A DNA stretch of 64,000 nucleotides from Candidatus Nomurabacteria bacterium (GCA_020631855.1 JACKGU010000002.1:159447-223446), one strand, 5' to 3'; shown: positions 18,144-29,388, counted from the first letter of the stretch. Program-made: numbers and translations. Notes: generated by a model not told the origin, from the sequence alone.

Positions 18144-19314
18144 ATCTTAATGCCTCAATTGGGTCCTTTTTACTTGCTTGAACCGCAGGATATGTACCAA
18201 ATATTACACCTACAACTACTGAAAACAAGAACGCTAGAATTATTGCTATAGGAGTAATTTCTGCTCTCACGAAGCTTTGAACTGCAAGAGAAGTCAAGTA
18301 ACCGAGAAACAACCCAATCAGTCCTCCAAAAACACTGAGAGTTACTGCTTCTAACATAAACTGAATCGCGACATTAACGGATGTTGCCCCAAGAGCTTTA
18401 CGTAAACCTATCTCACGGGTTCTTTCTGTGACTGAAACCAGCATAATATTCATAATTCCAATCCCGCCTACAAAAAGTGAAATACCGGCAATGGCTCCTA
18501 GTCCTGCGGTGAGTATTGCTAAAATGTTTTGAATAGAATTTAGAATATCCTGTGAATTAAGTATAGAAAACTCATCTTCATCAAGGTCTTTTAGCAGCTC
18601 GATTTGTACCTCTTTGGCCACGAGATCAACTTCGTCGGGAGAGGTTGTTTTGATAACAATATTTGAATAATTTTTAATATCAAATGTGTCTTTCGCCGAT
18701 GATGAAGGTATTATAACCTGATCGTCATAATTACTTCCTTTTTCTTCAAAAACCCCTATAACTGTATAAGATTCTTCACCGAGCTTTATTTTTTTATCTA
18801 TCGGGGAGTTACTTAGAAATAATTCTTTTTTTACAAGCGGACCAATTATAGCCACTTTGGCAGAATTATTTTGCTCCACTGAAGTGAAATTTCGTCCTTC
18901 CTGCAGAGCATAGTTGAATATATCCAGAGCATTATCAGACACTCCCACAACTGTTGAATAATATGACTTTGTTTTATATGTAACATTGTCTCCGGTTACT
19001 ATGTAAGGCGTAACACCTGATATTGAAGGAGAGTTTAGTCTTTTAATCATGTTTATATGTTTTTCAGCCAGCCTGTTTCTTGTTAAAGAAGAGGCGGGAT
19101 CGCCTGCAAAGTCAGATTTTCCGGGTGAAACAAACAAAAGGTTTGATCCTATTGCGTCGAACTGGTCTTGAATATAATTTTGCACACCTCTGCCTAATGC
19201 AACGAGAGTGACTACAGAGTAAACACCAATTATCACCCCCAACATTGTTAAAAATGCCCTTATTTTGTTACTTTTTAGTGATACTACCGCAGTCTGTATT
19301 ATTTGTATAAGCAT
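18136..19314 (-). CDS. ABC transporter permease, FtsX/MacB-like (tandem paralogue)
   Basis: Same architecture and C-terminal GTYPAVQASKKDPIEALRYE. Confidence 0.65.
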   Translation of the reverse strand: MLIQIIQTAVVSLKSNKIRAFLTMLGVIIGVYSVVTLVALGRGVQNYIQDQFDAIGSNLLFVSPGKSDFAGDPASSLTRNRLAEKHINMIKRLNSPSISGVTPYIVTGDNVTYKTKSYYSTVVGVSDNALDIFNYALQEGRNFTSVEQNNSAKVAIIGPLVKKELFLSNSPIDKKIKLGEESYTVIGVFEEKGSNYDDQVIIPSSSAKDTFDIKNYSNIVIKTTSPDEVDLVAKEVQIELLKDLDEDEFSILNSQDILNSIQNILAILTAGLGAIAGISLFVGGIGIMNIMLVSVTERTREIGLRKALGATSVNVAIQFMLEAVTLSVFGGLIGLFLGYLTSLAVQSFVRAEITPIAIILAFLFSVVVGVIFGTYPAVQASKKDPIEALRYE

Positions 19315-19328
19315 AGTTAAAATGCGCG

Positions 19329-20000
19329 CTAAATTATTTTGCCATCTCTAATAACAATCTGTCTTTGGGCTATTTTTGCTAAGTCATCGTCGTGAGTCAC
19401 TATTATAATGGTTTTTCCCTGTTTATTTAGTTTTTTGAAAAGCTCAACAATCTCAACCCCTGTTTTTGAATCTAGGTTCCCTGTCGGTTCGTCCGCTAAT
19501 ATTATAGAAGGATCAGTAACAAGCGCCCTTGCTATAGCAACCCTTTGCTTCTGTCCTCCGGAAAGTTCATTTGACTTATTATCCTTGCGGTCGCTAAGTT
19601 CAACCAGCCTCAACATGTCTTCTGCCTTCTGTCTCCAAGTTGATTTATCAATATTACTGTATTTTAGGGGCAACATAACATTGTCTATTGACGAAGTACG
19701 CGGAAGCAGATTAAAAGATTGAAAAACAAAACCTATTTCTCGATTTCTGATTTTCGCCAATTCGTTGTCTTTTAGGAAACTTACGTCAGATCCGTTTAAT
19801 ATAATCTGCCCTGAGGTAGGAGTATCTAGCAAACCTATCATGTGCATCAAAGTGGATTTTCCGGAGCCGGACTTTCCTACTATGGCTATAAACTCCCCTT
19901 CATCTATTTCTAGAGAGACCCCGTTTACAGCCCTTATTTCGCTAGTGCCAACTTTGTACAGCTTAACAAGGTCTTTTGCTACAAGTACTTTCTTTCTCAT
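19329..20000 (-). CDS. ABC transporter ATP-binding protein (MacB/LolD-type)
   Basis: Walker A GKSGSGKST, signature LSGGQKQRVAIARAL, Walker B ILADEPTGNLD. Confidence 0.8.
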   Translation of the reverse strand: MRKKVLVAKDLVKLYKVGTSEIRAVNGVSLEIDEGEFIAIVGKSGSGKSTLMHMIGLLDTPTSGQIILNGSDVSFLKDNELAKIRNREIGFVFQSFNLLPRTSSIDNVMLPLKYSNIDKSTWRQKAEDMLRLVELSDRKDNKSNELSGGQKQRVAIARALVTDPSIILADEPTGNLDSKTGVEIVELFKKLNKQGKTIIIVTHDDDLAKIAQRQIVIRDGKII

Positions 20001-21055
20001 CTCTCCGTAACCTTAACACTTATACCTTCTTTAAGCTCTATGTCATTATCACTTGGTACTACAAGCTTAGTATCGCTTAAGTCAGTTTTTATCTCTGTGT
20101 AAATATCGCCCTCTAATCCGATCTCAACGTATTTCTTACCTACCTTGTTAGTATCGTCCATTACCCATACATAATTTCCTCCAGAATCGCTAAATATGGA
20201 GTCAAAAAGCAATGCTTGGACATCTTTTTCCTCAGCTAACACTATATCTACGTCTCCGGACATGCCTAAGAGTACTTGCGTTTCTTTGCCGGCTAATACC
20301 TTTATTTTCAATGTGAACTCATTTGTAACAGAATCAGCATATAAAGGTATATCTTCTATTACGCCCTCCATTCCGGCGTCAGGGTATGCATCGAGTGTTA
20401 TTGAAACTCTGTGGCCTTCTTTAAGTAATCCGAAGTCTTCCTGATCAATACTCGCTTCAAAAACAAGATTCGACAAGTCAGCCACCTTAATAACTGTAGA
20501 TCCGGGAACAGCTATCTCACCTTCTTCCTTTAGCACATCAATGATTGTTGCCTCAAAAGGCGCGTAGATATAAGTATTCTGAATACCTGCGGCTTGTGCC
20601 TCATATGTTGCCTCAGCTCTGCTTAAAAGCTCTTGAAGCCTTCTAACACCTATAGTGTATTCGTCAGAGCCTCCCACCGCATCTCTGTTTGTATTGTATT
20701 GCTCAATATATAAATCAAGATCTCTTTGAGCAACATCCCTAGAATCTTTTGCGGCTTGGATTGTTTGATAATCTGGAGAATTAAAAACCTGAGCGAGGAG
20801 AGCCCCCTTAGAAACAGAGTCGCCCTTTTCTACGTATATTTTTGTTATTTTGCCACCTGAAGCAAAAGAGAGATCTGCAACATCAATAGAGGTTATTGTA
20901 CCGCTAGCGGAAATGCTCTTAATAACGTCTGTTTTCTCGGGCGTGACCTCAAGAACTGCCACAGGACGCTCTCTGCCCCTTAGAGCAACACCAAGCACTA
21001 AAAGCCCACACACCAAAATTACAGCTATTGTTTTTTTATTTAGAAATTTTTTCAT
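19997..21055 (-). CDS. Periplasmic adaptor (HlyD/membrane-fusion family) efflux subunit
   Basis: N-terminal TM, then coiled-coil and beta-barrel-like domains. Overlaps the ABC ATPase gene. Confidence 0.55.
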   Translation of the reverse strand: MKKFLNKKTIAVILVCGLLVLGVALRGRERPVAVLEVTPEKTDVIKSISASGTITSIDVADLSFASGGKITKIYVEKGDSVSKGALLAQVFNSPDYQTIQAAKDSRDVAQRDLDLYIEQYNTNRDAVGGSDEYTIGVRRLQELLSRAEATYEAQAAGIQNTYIYAPFEATIIDVLKEEGEIAVPGSTVIKVADLSNLVFEASIDQEDFGLLKEGHRVSITLDAYPDAGMEGVIEDIPLYADSVTNEFTLKIKVLAGKETQVLLGMSGDVDIVLAEEKDVQALLFDSIFSDSGGNYVWVMDDTNKVGKKYVEIGLEGDIYTEIKTDLSDTKLVVPSDNDIELKEGISVKVTER

Positions 21056-21082
21056 CTTAAAAAGTATATCACTTTACAAATT

Positions 21083-21496
21083 TTGTACCGAGTCTATCAT
21101 TATACTATGAAACAAACCTTAAAAGCACATAATCCGATAAAACACGCAAAAAGCTTTAAATATGCATTTAATGGAATATTCCACGCGCTTTTAAATGAAG
21201 CAAACTTTAGAGTACAGATTGTAATTACCGCAATAGCTGTGCTGCTAGGAATATATTACAGAATTTCCGTTGAAGAATGGTCTATTTTAACTTTAGCAAC
21301 CGGCTTGCTACTGTCCGCAGAAATGTTTAATACCGTTTTGGAAAACATAATAGACAGGCTAATAACAGACTATGACGAAAATGCAAAAATAATTAAGGAT
21401 CTAGCAGCAGGATTTGTTTTAATAATGGCTGTTACGTGCGCAATATTGCTTGGGTTAATTTTCGGATCAAGAATTCTAGTAACCGTATTCAATTAG
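21083..21496 (+). CDS. dgkA: Diacylglycerol / undecaprenol kinase family protein
   Basis: ~137 aa with three TMs. KHAKSFKYAFNGIFHAL ... ATGLLLSAEMFNTVLENIIDRL matches the DAGK_prokar pattern. Confidence 0.65.
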   Translation: MYRVYHYTMKQTLKAHNPIKHAKSFKYAFNGIFHALLNEANFRVQIVITAIAVLLGIYYRISVEEWSILTLATGLLLSAEMFNTVLENIIDRLITDYDENAKIIKDLAAGFVLIMAVTCAILLGLIFGSRILVTVFN

Positions 21497-23194
21497 TTCT
21501 TCTTTTGAGAATGGCGGCATATAATAAATCTCTGCCACGATTTTTCCGTTTACAACTATTTCCTTAACAGGAGGATAGTGGTTCATCCAGTAACCCGGCT
21601 TCTCTTTATCTTGTCTTTTAGTATCAAAAAATGTTTGTGGGTTTTTAATGTATATAAAATAGCCGGCAATATTATAGTCTTTTTGGTAAGAGATGCTGTA
21701 TCGCGATATGGAAGTACGCTCGTTTCCTGAATATACTTTTATCTTGGTATCGGGACAGAGCGGTTTTTTGTCAGGAGCATTTCTTGGAGTTGGGCAAGGT
21801 GGCACCGAAGGGTTGTAAACGAATTCTTTGATTCCTTTCCAGTCACGAGAATACGGAAAACCAAAAAGGCTAAGGTGAAATTGTGCACTAGGTTGATGGA
21901 GATTCCAAATGAAAAACTTTTTTTGTTGCCAAGGGTACTCCACGGAGTTATCAACATAAATTATGTATGACTGGGCATATAAAAAAGAGAATAAAACGGT
22001 TACTACTAGAATAGCCGCTACGTCAAAAATATTTCTCAATGTTGGAAGTTTGAAAATAACGCTGTATAGGTATTTAGAAGCATTAAGAACATTATGCATT
22101 CCGATCGCAGCTAAGATTGTTGCAGGTATTATATATGTGTATATGTGAGTGCCGGGAAGCTCTATAGCTCCTTCCATGAATAAGAAGGCTGCCCCAAACC
22201 AAGCTATTAAAGAAAGGGTTACTAGTAAATCACGATTAGAGACAATTTCGAGAAGCGCTTTCTTTATTGAAAGGCTTTGTTTGTTCTTGAAAAAGTTCCT
22301 CTTAAAATACCCGACCCCAGCTTTACCCCAATATAATAGAGTTGAGCTCAAACCGAGAATAAATAGCGAAGCATAAATGTGTATTGCGTATATGGGCTGA
22401 TAAACTCTAAAAAGTACGATAGAGCTAGAGATCTTTCCTCCGGTTCCCTGCACCCTGCCGTTCCAATAAGAGATGGTTGCAGCATCAATATTTTTTATAA
22501 AAGGTATGTAAAAAATTGATAAAACCCCAACTAGCAAAACCAAGCCGAGTATTATAGTTTTTGTTTTGTTTGCAGGACCAAATAGATAGCCTTCCCTACC
22601 CTTTGTCCACCACAAGTAAAGAAGGCAGGCGGCAAAAGGAAAAATAAAAACACCATCATAGTGGGATAGTATCGATATTGCCCAAAACACAAAGCCTAAA
22701 ATAATATATATGCGGCTTCGTGATTCTTTTGTAATAGCATGCGTAAAAGAATAAAGCGCCAATAGCATAAAAAGTATGACAGCAGACTGATATTGAATAA
22801 TTCTCGAAAGAGCAATTAAAAAACCGTTTGTTGAAAAAAATAAGGCGGCAAAGACAGCTATATTTGAATTAAAGAGTGATTTTACAAGTTTATAAAACAC
22901 CACAGCAGCCAGAAATCCAAATAGTGCGAAAATAAATCTGTCAAGAAAATAGTTTGAGTAAGACGGATCAAGTATCTTTACAAAATAAGTAATTATAAAC
23001 TGAACCGGCCCTTTGCGCTGGGACAGCAAAAAATCACTGAGGCTTTGTCCGGGCTCTATTAAGAATAAAGCCTTGATCTCGTCACCTTGAAAATCGGAAT
23101 AACCGAGATTGATAAATCTAAGGCTTCCGGCAATAATAATAACCGTAAGCCCATCAATATTTTTTAATATGTAGTTTTTTAGTCTTAAGAACAT
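21476..23194 (-). CDS. GT-C fold glycosyltransferase (PMT/ArnT-like, GT39/GT83-type)
   Basis: 572-aa polytopic membrane protein with an N-terminal loop motif FQGDEIKALFL and a large C-terminal soluble domain. Confidence 0.5.
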   Translation of the reverse strand: MFLRLKNYILKNIDGLTVIIIAGSLRFINLGYSDFQGDEIKALFLIEPGQSLSDFLLSQRKGPVQFIITYFVKILDPSYSNYFLDRFIFALFGFLAAVVFYKLVKSLFNSNIAVFAALFFSTNGFLIALSRIIQYQSAVILFMLLALYSFTHAITKESRSRIYIILGFVFWAISILSHYDGVFIFPFAACLLYLWWTKGREGYLFGPANKTKTIILGLVLLVGVLSIFYIPFIKNIDAATISYWNGRVQGTGGKISSSIVLFRVYQPIYAIHIYASLFILGLSSTLLYWGKAGVGYFKRNFFKNKQSLSIKKALLEIVSNRDLLVTLSLIAWFGAAFLFMEGAIELPGTHIYTYIIPATILAAIGMHNVLNASKYLYSVIFKLPTLRNIFDVAAILVVTVLFSFLYAQSYIIYVDNSVEYPWQQKKFFIWNLHQPSAQFHLSLFGFPYSRDWKGIKEFVYNPSVPPCPTPRNAPDKKPLCPDTKIKVYSGNERTSISRYSISYQKDYNIAGYFIYIKNPQTFFDTKRQDKEKPGYWMNHYPPVKEIVVNGKIVAEIYYMPPFSKEELIEYGY

Positions 23195-23206
23195 TCTTTT
23201 AGTTTT

Positions 23207-25309
23207 TTATTTTAAACCCATGATCACAGCCTCGTTCATGGCTCGAGTTACCGAAACGAAAGCTTTTTTTGCTTTTATAAAGTTGTTAATATTACCTATG
23301 TTCAAGCCTAGCACATAAACCTTTGAGAATTCCAGTCCCTTACAAACCTGAAAGCTTGATACGTAAACCCCTTTAGGTATATAGCTGATTCTGGACTTCT
23401 CGTCGAGGCGAACGATAACTTTCTTATCAACTTTATTTACAACACACTCATCCCCTACAATTTCCATGACTTTCGCCTGAAGTGAGTCATCAAAAAATAT
23501 TACCCCAACACTCTTGTCTAACATACCAAGGTCTGATGAAATTTTTTCTCTAAATGTTTCAAATAATTCGTCCTGGGTATCGAAAAGTAATTCCTCGACT
23601 TCAGGGCCCGGCCGATTTATTGGTATCGGTAGGTAATCGCTCGTATAAGGAGATAAAACCTTGTTGGCGTATTCTATAATTTGCTTAGTACTTCGATAAT
23701 TTGTGTCTAAAACAAAAGTTTGAGCACGACTTGCATCTTCAATAACTTGCTCAATCTGTGACCAAGATTCCAAACCCTCTTCTAAATAACTTTGATTTAA
23801 ATCTCCTAAAATACAAAATCTTCCATGAATAACTACTGATCCAAGAAGTAAATATTCTAGAACACTAAAATCTTGCCCCTCATCAACAACACAATACTGG
23901 AATTTCAAAACTTTATTAAATCCGTAAAGCTTTAAGTGTATGTATAAATAAACCAGCGTATCTGTGTATCCTAAGATTTCTTTCGGGTTTATATCAGAAT
24001 CGGAACATATAGCCGGGAAAGTTTTAGAATCTAGCTCCTGTTTAATGGATTTGGCCTTTTTTATTAGTTTTCTTAAATTACTAATGTTTTCCTTATAAAG
24101 CCATTCTTTTATTGAATTCGGGTGTTCTTTTAGATAAGTCTTTTGGAAATCCAGCTCCTCTTCCAGATCAGATACAAAATCAGCCACATTTTCCATGACA
24201 GACATTTTTGAGTTATAAACAAAGCTCGTGAGACGCTCGAAAGACTCATCTTTTAATAGTTCTGAGAAGACAGCTTTGTAATGATTGTGGATCTTTTGTA
24301 TTTTAGAGTTTAGCTCGTCTATCTTTTCTATACTAAAGTCTGCTAAACCCTCCTCATCATCTAAATCGTATTTGATTCCAATTGATTCTCTAAAAATAAT
24401 ATTAACAACCAACTCTCGAAGGGTCTTATAGTTCACATCAAAAATACCTAGCTTAGGAAACAGCGTTGCCAGGTAGCTTACAAGAACACTGCTTTTTGTT
24501 ACCAAAATAGATCTTTCGGGTAAAATTGTTCCATGATAATTAAAAAATATGTGAGCAAGCTTATGTATTGCTACGGTGCTTTTTCCACTTCCTACCGTAC
24601 CTTGAACCACGCAGATTTGTCTAGGATCTGACTCTATTATGTTAATCTGCGATTCTTGTATTGTTTCAATAATATCTTCAAGGACTCCCCCTGTTCTCTT
24701 GCTAATTTTGTCTGAAATTATTTCATTTTCATCTAATTGAAGGTCGTTGTTGTAGTATTTAACGAGTTCACCATCATTAATTTCAAAAGTTCTCTTCAGC
24801 AAAAGGTCTCGTGTTACCTCTCCATCAGGAGAAACATACGTAACGTTTTTTTGAGGGTATCTATACTTATAAAAAATCGAGGCTATTGGAGCTCTCCAGT
24901 CTGTAACTATCGGCGTATCCTCGTTGTAGCCAAATTTTCCTATGTAAATGCTTTCGTGAGAAGCGGCGTCTTCGGGAGAGCTTGCATTGGCTTGCCCCGA
25001 CACAACCTTCTTTAAATCCAATCTCGCAAAATACGGCTCGCTTGTTAAATATGTCAGCTCGTCTTGTCTTTTAATTTTATCCACAAGATTAAATGAAACA
25101 TTTTTCTCATGTAACTGCTGTATAAACATTGCGTAGTCGCTAGATTCAGCGCTGTCATGTAAGTCACTTAAGTGCTTTAGGTTATCTTTGCCTAGAGTGT
25201 TAAGGCTCTCAAGAAGCTCCTTTCTTGCATTTTTTAGTTTTGCAAGAACCTGCTTAAGTTTATTAAGTTCTTGCTCAAAGATCGGATCCCGTTTGTTATC
25301 TAAAGACAT
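23207..25309 (-). CDS. UvrD/Rep-family helicase, HelD (helicase IV)-like
   Basis: Coiled-coil N-terminus, Walker A VVQGTVGSGKSTVAIHK, motif II CVVDEGQDFS, ~700 aa. Confidence 0.6.
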   Translation of the reverse strand: MSLDNKRDPIFEQELNKLKQVLAKLKNARKELLESLNTLGKDNLKHLSDLHDSAESSDYAMFIQQLHEKNVSFNLVDKIKRQDELTYLTSEPYFARLDLKKVVSGQANASSPEDAASHESIYIGKFGYNEDTPIVTDWRAPIASIFYKYRYPQKNVTYVSPDGEVTRDLLLKRTFEINDGELVKYYNNDLQLDENEIISDKISKRTGGVLEDIIETIQESQINIIESDPRQICVVQGTVGSGKSTVAIHKLAHIFFNYHGTILPERSILVTKSSVLVSYLATLFPKLGIFDVNYKTLRELVVNIIFRESIGIKYDLDDEEGLADFSIEKIDELNSKIQKIHNHYKAVFSELLKDESFERLTSFVYNSKMSVMENVADFVSDLEEELDFQKTYLKEHPNSIKEWLYKENISNLRKLIKKAKSIKQELDSKTFPAICSDSDINPKEILGYTDTLVYLYIHLKLYGFNKVLKFQYCVVDEGQDFSVLEYLLLGSVVIHGRFCILGDLNQSYLEEGLESWSQIEQVIEDASRAQTFVLDTNYRSTKQIIEYANKVLSPYTSDYLPIPINRPGPEVEELLFDTQDELFETFREKISSDLGMLDKSVGVIFFDDSLQAKVMEIVGDECVVNKVDKKVIVRLDEKSRISYIPKGVYVSSFQVCKGLEFSKVYVLGLNIGNINNFIKAKKAFVSVTRAMNEAVIMGLK

Positions 25310-25989
25310 TAAAAGCCTTTCTTTGAAATTAATATTACGAATTCTCCTTTTAGGTTGCTGGTTGTTAGCTGGGGCAGGACATCTTTTACAGTTCCTCTAA
25401 AGTAAGCCTCGTGTATTTTTGACAGCTCTTTAGCTACACAAATTTTTCTATCTTGCAAAGCTTCATCTATGAGAGTTAGGGTTTTAAGTACCCTATAGGG
25501 TGATTCGAACACTATGAGGGTGCAATCGAGCTCGCCGTAAGTTTTTAGCATTTTTTTTGCAGCAGTTTCTTTTCGAGGTAAAAATCCTATAAACGAAAAC
25601 TTATCGGTTGGGAGTCCTGAAGCCGCTATGGCGGTAGTTACAGCGCTTGCGCCAGGCAGTGCCTCTATCTTAATATTCTCTTCTATTAGGCTGGAAACAA
25701 GCTTAAAGCCGGGATCAGAGATTGTAGGCATGCCACTATCAGATACAAGAGCTACTGCGCTCCCTTTAATTAATGCGTCAAGAATTTTTGGGTATGCTTT
25801 GTGGTGATTTTGATCTCTATAGGATATCTGAGGCTTATCAATACCGTAATGGTTGAGAAGTTTCTGCGTCTGTCGAGTGTCCTCAGAGACTATCAGGTCC
25901 ACTGCATTTAAAATATCGATAGCCCTTATGGTAATGTCCTCCATATTGCCTATAGGGGTGGGAACGATATACAAAACAGACGAAGTCAT
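25309..25989 (-). CDS. rsmI: 16S rRNA (cytidine1402-2'-O)-methyltransferase
   Basis: LYIVPTPIGNMEDIT N-terminal tetrapyrrole-methylase-like motif. Likely start at MTSSVLY. Confidence 0.75.
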   Translation of the reverse strand: MTSSVLYIVPTPIGNMEDITIRAIDILNAVDLIVSEDTRQTQKLLNHYGIDKPQISYRDQNHHKAYPKILDALIKGSAVALVSDSGMPTISDPGFKLVSSLIEENIKIEALPGASAVTTAIAASGLPTDKFSFIGFLPRKETAAKKMLKTYGELDCTLIVFESPYRVLKTLTLIDEALQDRKICVAKELSKIHEAYFRGTVKDVLPQLTTSNLKGEFVILISKKGF

Positions 25990-26080
25990 TTGAAAATTAT
26001 AGCAGAGTAGCGCGGTATGATCAAGAAAATACCATACCCTATTCAAACAACAGTAAAATCTTAAATTTCTATGCTATGAG

Positions 26081-26260
26081 TTATTTTAGCTTTTGAATCT
26101 CTTTGTGAAGAGTGTGTTTTCTCAGTTTAGGATTATACTTCATGAGCTGAAGCTTCTCGGTTGTGTTCATCTTGTTCTTCTGAGTAATGTAGGATCTAAT
26201 CCCTGTCACTGTACACTCGAGACCAATTAGCATTCTATTTTTCTTTTTCTTTTTTGCCAT
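26081..26260 (-). CDS. rpmG: 50S ribosomal protein L33
   Basis: [54 protein letters not shown] matches the L33 consensus. This variant has no zinc ribbon. Confidence 0.8.
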   Translation of the reverse strand: MAKKKKKNRMLIGLECTVTGIRSYITQKNKMNTTEKLQLMKYNPKLRKHTLHKEIQKLK

Positions 26261-26317
26261 GGCTATGAATATAGCACTTATTGACAGTACAGGCAACATT
26301 TACTAGTATGAACAGCA

Positions 26318-28795
26318 ATGGACAAGTACAACCACAAAAAAGTAGAAGATAACTGGAAAAAACACTGGTTTGACAACAACATATATAAAGCTGTCGATTT
26401 TTCCCCAAAACCAAAAAAATACATTTTAGCCGAACTTCCCTATCCTTCTGGTAAATTTTTACATCTCGGCCATATGATGAGATACACTGTACCCGAAATA
26501 TACTCTAGATTTATGAGAATGCGCGGATATAATGTACTTTTTCCCATGGGATGGGACTGCTTTGGTCTTCCGGCTGAAACTTACGCTATTAAAAACGGGA
26601 TTACGCCACAGGAAGCTGTGGCGGAAGCTATGACCAACTTTAAAGCCTCAATGCAGGACATGGGATATGCAATTGATTGGGCCCGTGAAATAGACACAAG
26701 TGACCCCAAATACTTTAAATGGACACAGTGGATGTTCATTGAGCTTTGGAAAAAAGGTCTAGCAAAAGTAAAGGTAATGCCTGTATGGTGGTGCAAGGAG
26801 CTAGGCGTGCTTGCGGACGAAGAAGTACTACCTGATCCGGACGGACCAACCGGCAAAAAAGCAGAAAGGGACGGGCATCCAGTAGAAAAAAGGCTATTCA
26901 AGCAATGGGTTTTAGATATACCGGCCTATGCGGACAGGCTGCTGAAAGATTTGGACACTGTAGATTACAACGAAGCTGTCAAAGAAGGTCAAAGAAATTG
27001 GATAGGAAAAAGCGAAGGCGCAAAGATTATATTTAGAGTCAAAAATGTAGAAGAAAAAGAAATTCAACTCGAGGTATTTACAACCAGACCAGACACTATT
27101 TTTGGCGTAACATTTTTAGCAATCTCTCCTCAACACCCGGCTGTGGAATTGTTGATAAAAAACACAAAAAACGAAAAGCAACTAAAAGACTATATTGAAA
27201 AAGCTTCCGGCCTAAGTGATCTGGAAAAACAGAAAAAAGATAAAACTGGCGTTGAAATAATTGGCGTACTAGCGGAAAATCCGCTAAATTGGCGCAGGGT
27301 GCCAATATTTTTAGCAGACTATATACTGGCTGACTATGGAACCGGCGCAATAATGGGCGTTCCTGCACACGATGGGCGTGACTATGAGTTTGCAACTAAA
27401 TACAATCTTGAGGTTGTTGAAGTTATAAATAATCCTAAAAACAACCAAGAGAATAACGATAATGCAGATTCCGAAAAATTATTATACGAGGGGAAAGGGG
27501 TTTTAAAAAATTCAGACTCTTTTAACAACATGGGCTCTGATGAGGCCACAAAAGCAATATTACAAAAACTCAAAGAAATAGGGGCAGGGGAAGAGGCTGT
27601 AACCTATAAAATAAGAGAACAGATATTTTCAAGACAGAGATATTGGGGAGAACCTATTCCCTTGATATATAAGAAAGATGGAACTATCGAAAATATTCCT
27701 ATTGAACAACTGCCTCTAGAACTGCCGATAATAAAAGACTTTTACGCTACAAAAGAGGGGGAAAGTCCTTTAGAGGGAGTGGGCGAATGGGTTAATACAA
27801 CAGACTCACAAGGAAACGCTGCAAAGAGAGACACAGACACTATGCCAACCTGGGCAGGATCAAACTGGTATTACGCTAGATACATTGATCCGAAAAATGA
27901 CAAGGAGTTTGCAAACATGGACAAATTAAAGTACTGGATGCCTGTTGACAAGTATTTTGGCGACGCAGGACACACAACCGCACACCTAATCTATGCGAGA
28001 TTCTGGTACAAGTTTTTATTTGATCTAGGTCTTGTGCCGTCTTCCGAACCTTTTAACTGGAGAATGAGCGGAGGCATATTATTAGGTGCCGATAATAGAA
28101 AAATGTCGAAATCACGACCAGAATATTCAGTAGACCCTAAAGACACAATAGATAACTATGGAGCCGACGCAACCCGAACTTTTTTAGCCTTTTTAGGCCC
28201 GTACAGCGAAACTTTTCCTTGGAATGAAAATGGGATCAAGGCGTGCTATAGGCTCATGAGAGATATTTATAATCTTAGAGTCAAAGTTTCAAACGACATA
28301 GGCTCTAAGGGCCACGCTATAGAAAAAGACTACCACAAGACTCTCAAAAATATTACAGGCATGCTTGAAGATCTAAAAATGAATACCGGGGTGAGCGAAA
28401 TAATGAAGTTTGTAAATCTTCTGAAAAAGCAAAAAGATATTCCGCAAGACATTTGGAGGGGTTTTATAGCAATTCTCGCTCCTTTTGCCCCGTTTCTTTC
28501 AGAGCAGCTTTGGCAAGAGATAAATAACTATGCTGATTGGATAGATGAAAACAGCATTCATTTACAAGAGTGGCCACAGTACATTGAAGAGCTTACAGTC
28601 GATGCAATGGTAAATATTCCGATTCAGATAAACGGAAAGTTGAGGGCTGTTATTGCTGTTAAATCCGAAATAAGTGAGGCAGAGATTAGAGAAGCGGTCA
28701 TTTTGGAAGATAAGGTTAGAAAATATATCACAAGCCCTGAAGATATCAAGAACTTCCGATATGTTAAAGGGAAAGTTGTTAGCATAACAATATAA
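26318..28795 (+). CDS. leuS: Leucyl-tRNA synthetase
   Basis: PYPSGKFLHLGHMMRYT (HIGH region), KMSKS-like RKMSKSRPE, 825 aa. Confidence 0.9.
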   Translation: MDKYNHKKVEDNWKKHWFDNNIYKAVDFSPKPKKYILAELPYPSGKFLHLGHMMRYTVPEIYSRFMRMRGYNVLFPMGWDCFGLPAETYAIKNGITPQEAVAEAMTNFKASMQDMGYAIDWAREIDTSDPKYFKWTQWMFIELWKKGLAKVKVMPVWWCKELGVLADEEVLPDPDGPTGKKAERDGHPVEKRLFKQWVLDIPAYADRLLKDLDTVDYNEAVKEGQRNWIGKSEGAKIIFRVKNVEEKEIQLEVFTTRPDTIFGVTFLAISPQHPAVELLIKNTKNEKQLKDYIEKASGLSDLEKQKKDKTGVEIIGVLAENPLNWRRVPIFLADYILADYGTGAIMGVPAHDGRDYEFATKYNLEVVEVINNPKNNQENNDNADSEKLLYEGKGVLKNSDSFNNMGSDEATKAILQKLKEIGAGEEAVTYKIREQIFSRQRYWGEPIPLIYKKDGTIENIPIEQLPLELPIIKDFYATKEGESPLEGVGEWVNTTDSQGNAAKRDTDTMPTWAGSNWYYARYIDPKNDKEFANMDKLKYWMPVDKYFGDAGHTTAHLIYARFWYKFLFDLGLVPSSEPFNWRMSGGILLGADNRKMSKSRPEYSVDPKDTIDNYGADATRTFLAFLGPYSETFPWNENGIKACYRLMRDIYNLRVKVSNDIGSKGHAIEKDYHKTLKNITGMLEDLKMNTGVSEIMKFVNLLKKQKDIPQDIWRGFIAILAPFAPFLSEQLWQEINNYADWIDENSIHLQEWPQYIEELTVDAMVNIPIQINGKLRAVIAVKSEISEAEIREAVILEDKVRKYITSPEDIKNFRYVKGKVVSITI

Positions 28796-29053
28796 AAAGC
28801 CACGCCTCGAAAAGGGTCTGCTTGACTCGACTTTCGGTATTTATGTAAAAAATTTCAAATCTAACAAAGTATTCACTATATTTTAATTTAGTGCTAGAAT
28901 AGGCGAGTACTAATGAAAGAGCGTAATCACCAATTACCTTTACCGACCGCAAGTCAGGTTAAAGCAATAGAAACAACTTCCAAAAAAAATCAAGTGTTTC
29001 CGTCCGGCCTATCATTAGAATTAATTAATTTAATTTGATAGGTGGTGTTTTGA

Positions 29054-29332
29054 ATGAAAAAACTATACGTAGGAAATTTACCATATAAAATGGACGACGA
29101 CGCTTTAGCACAACTTTTTTCACAAGTTGGTAATGTTATTAGCGCTTTTGTTATCAAAGACAGAGCTACAGGTAGAAGCAAAGGCTTCGGTTTTGTTGAA
29201 ATGGATGATGCGGATGCAGATGCCGCAATACTACAACTTAACGACAAAGAAGTAGAAGGAAGAGCTCTTAAAGTTACAGAAGCTAAACCTCAAGAAGACA
29301 GACCCAGAAAAGACTTTAGAAAAAGATACTAA
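29054..29332 (+). CDS. RRM-type RNA-binding protein
   Basis: RNP2 LYVGNLPY and RNP1 KGFGFVEM. Confidence 0.8.
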   Translation: MKKLYVGNLPYKMDDDALAQLFSQVGNVISAFVIKDRATGRSKGFGFVEMDDADADAAILQLNDKEVEGRALKVTEAKPQEDRPRKDFRKRY

Positions 29333-29355
29333 GTCCGATTTGATTATGTAATATT

Positions 29356-29388
29356 GAAGCCCCGGCTTTGCCGGGGCTTCTTCTGTTT
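29356..29388. terminator. GC-rich hairpin between convergent genes (bidirectional terminator)
   Basis: GAAGCCCCGGC-TTT-GCCGGGGCTTC followed by TTCTGTTT. Nearly identical to the hairpin at 31452. Confidence 0.6.
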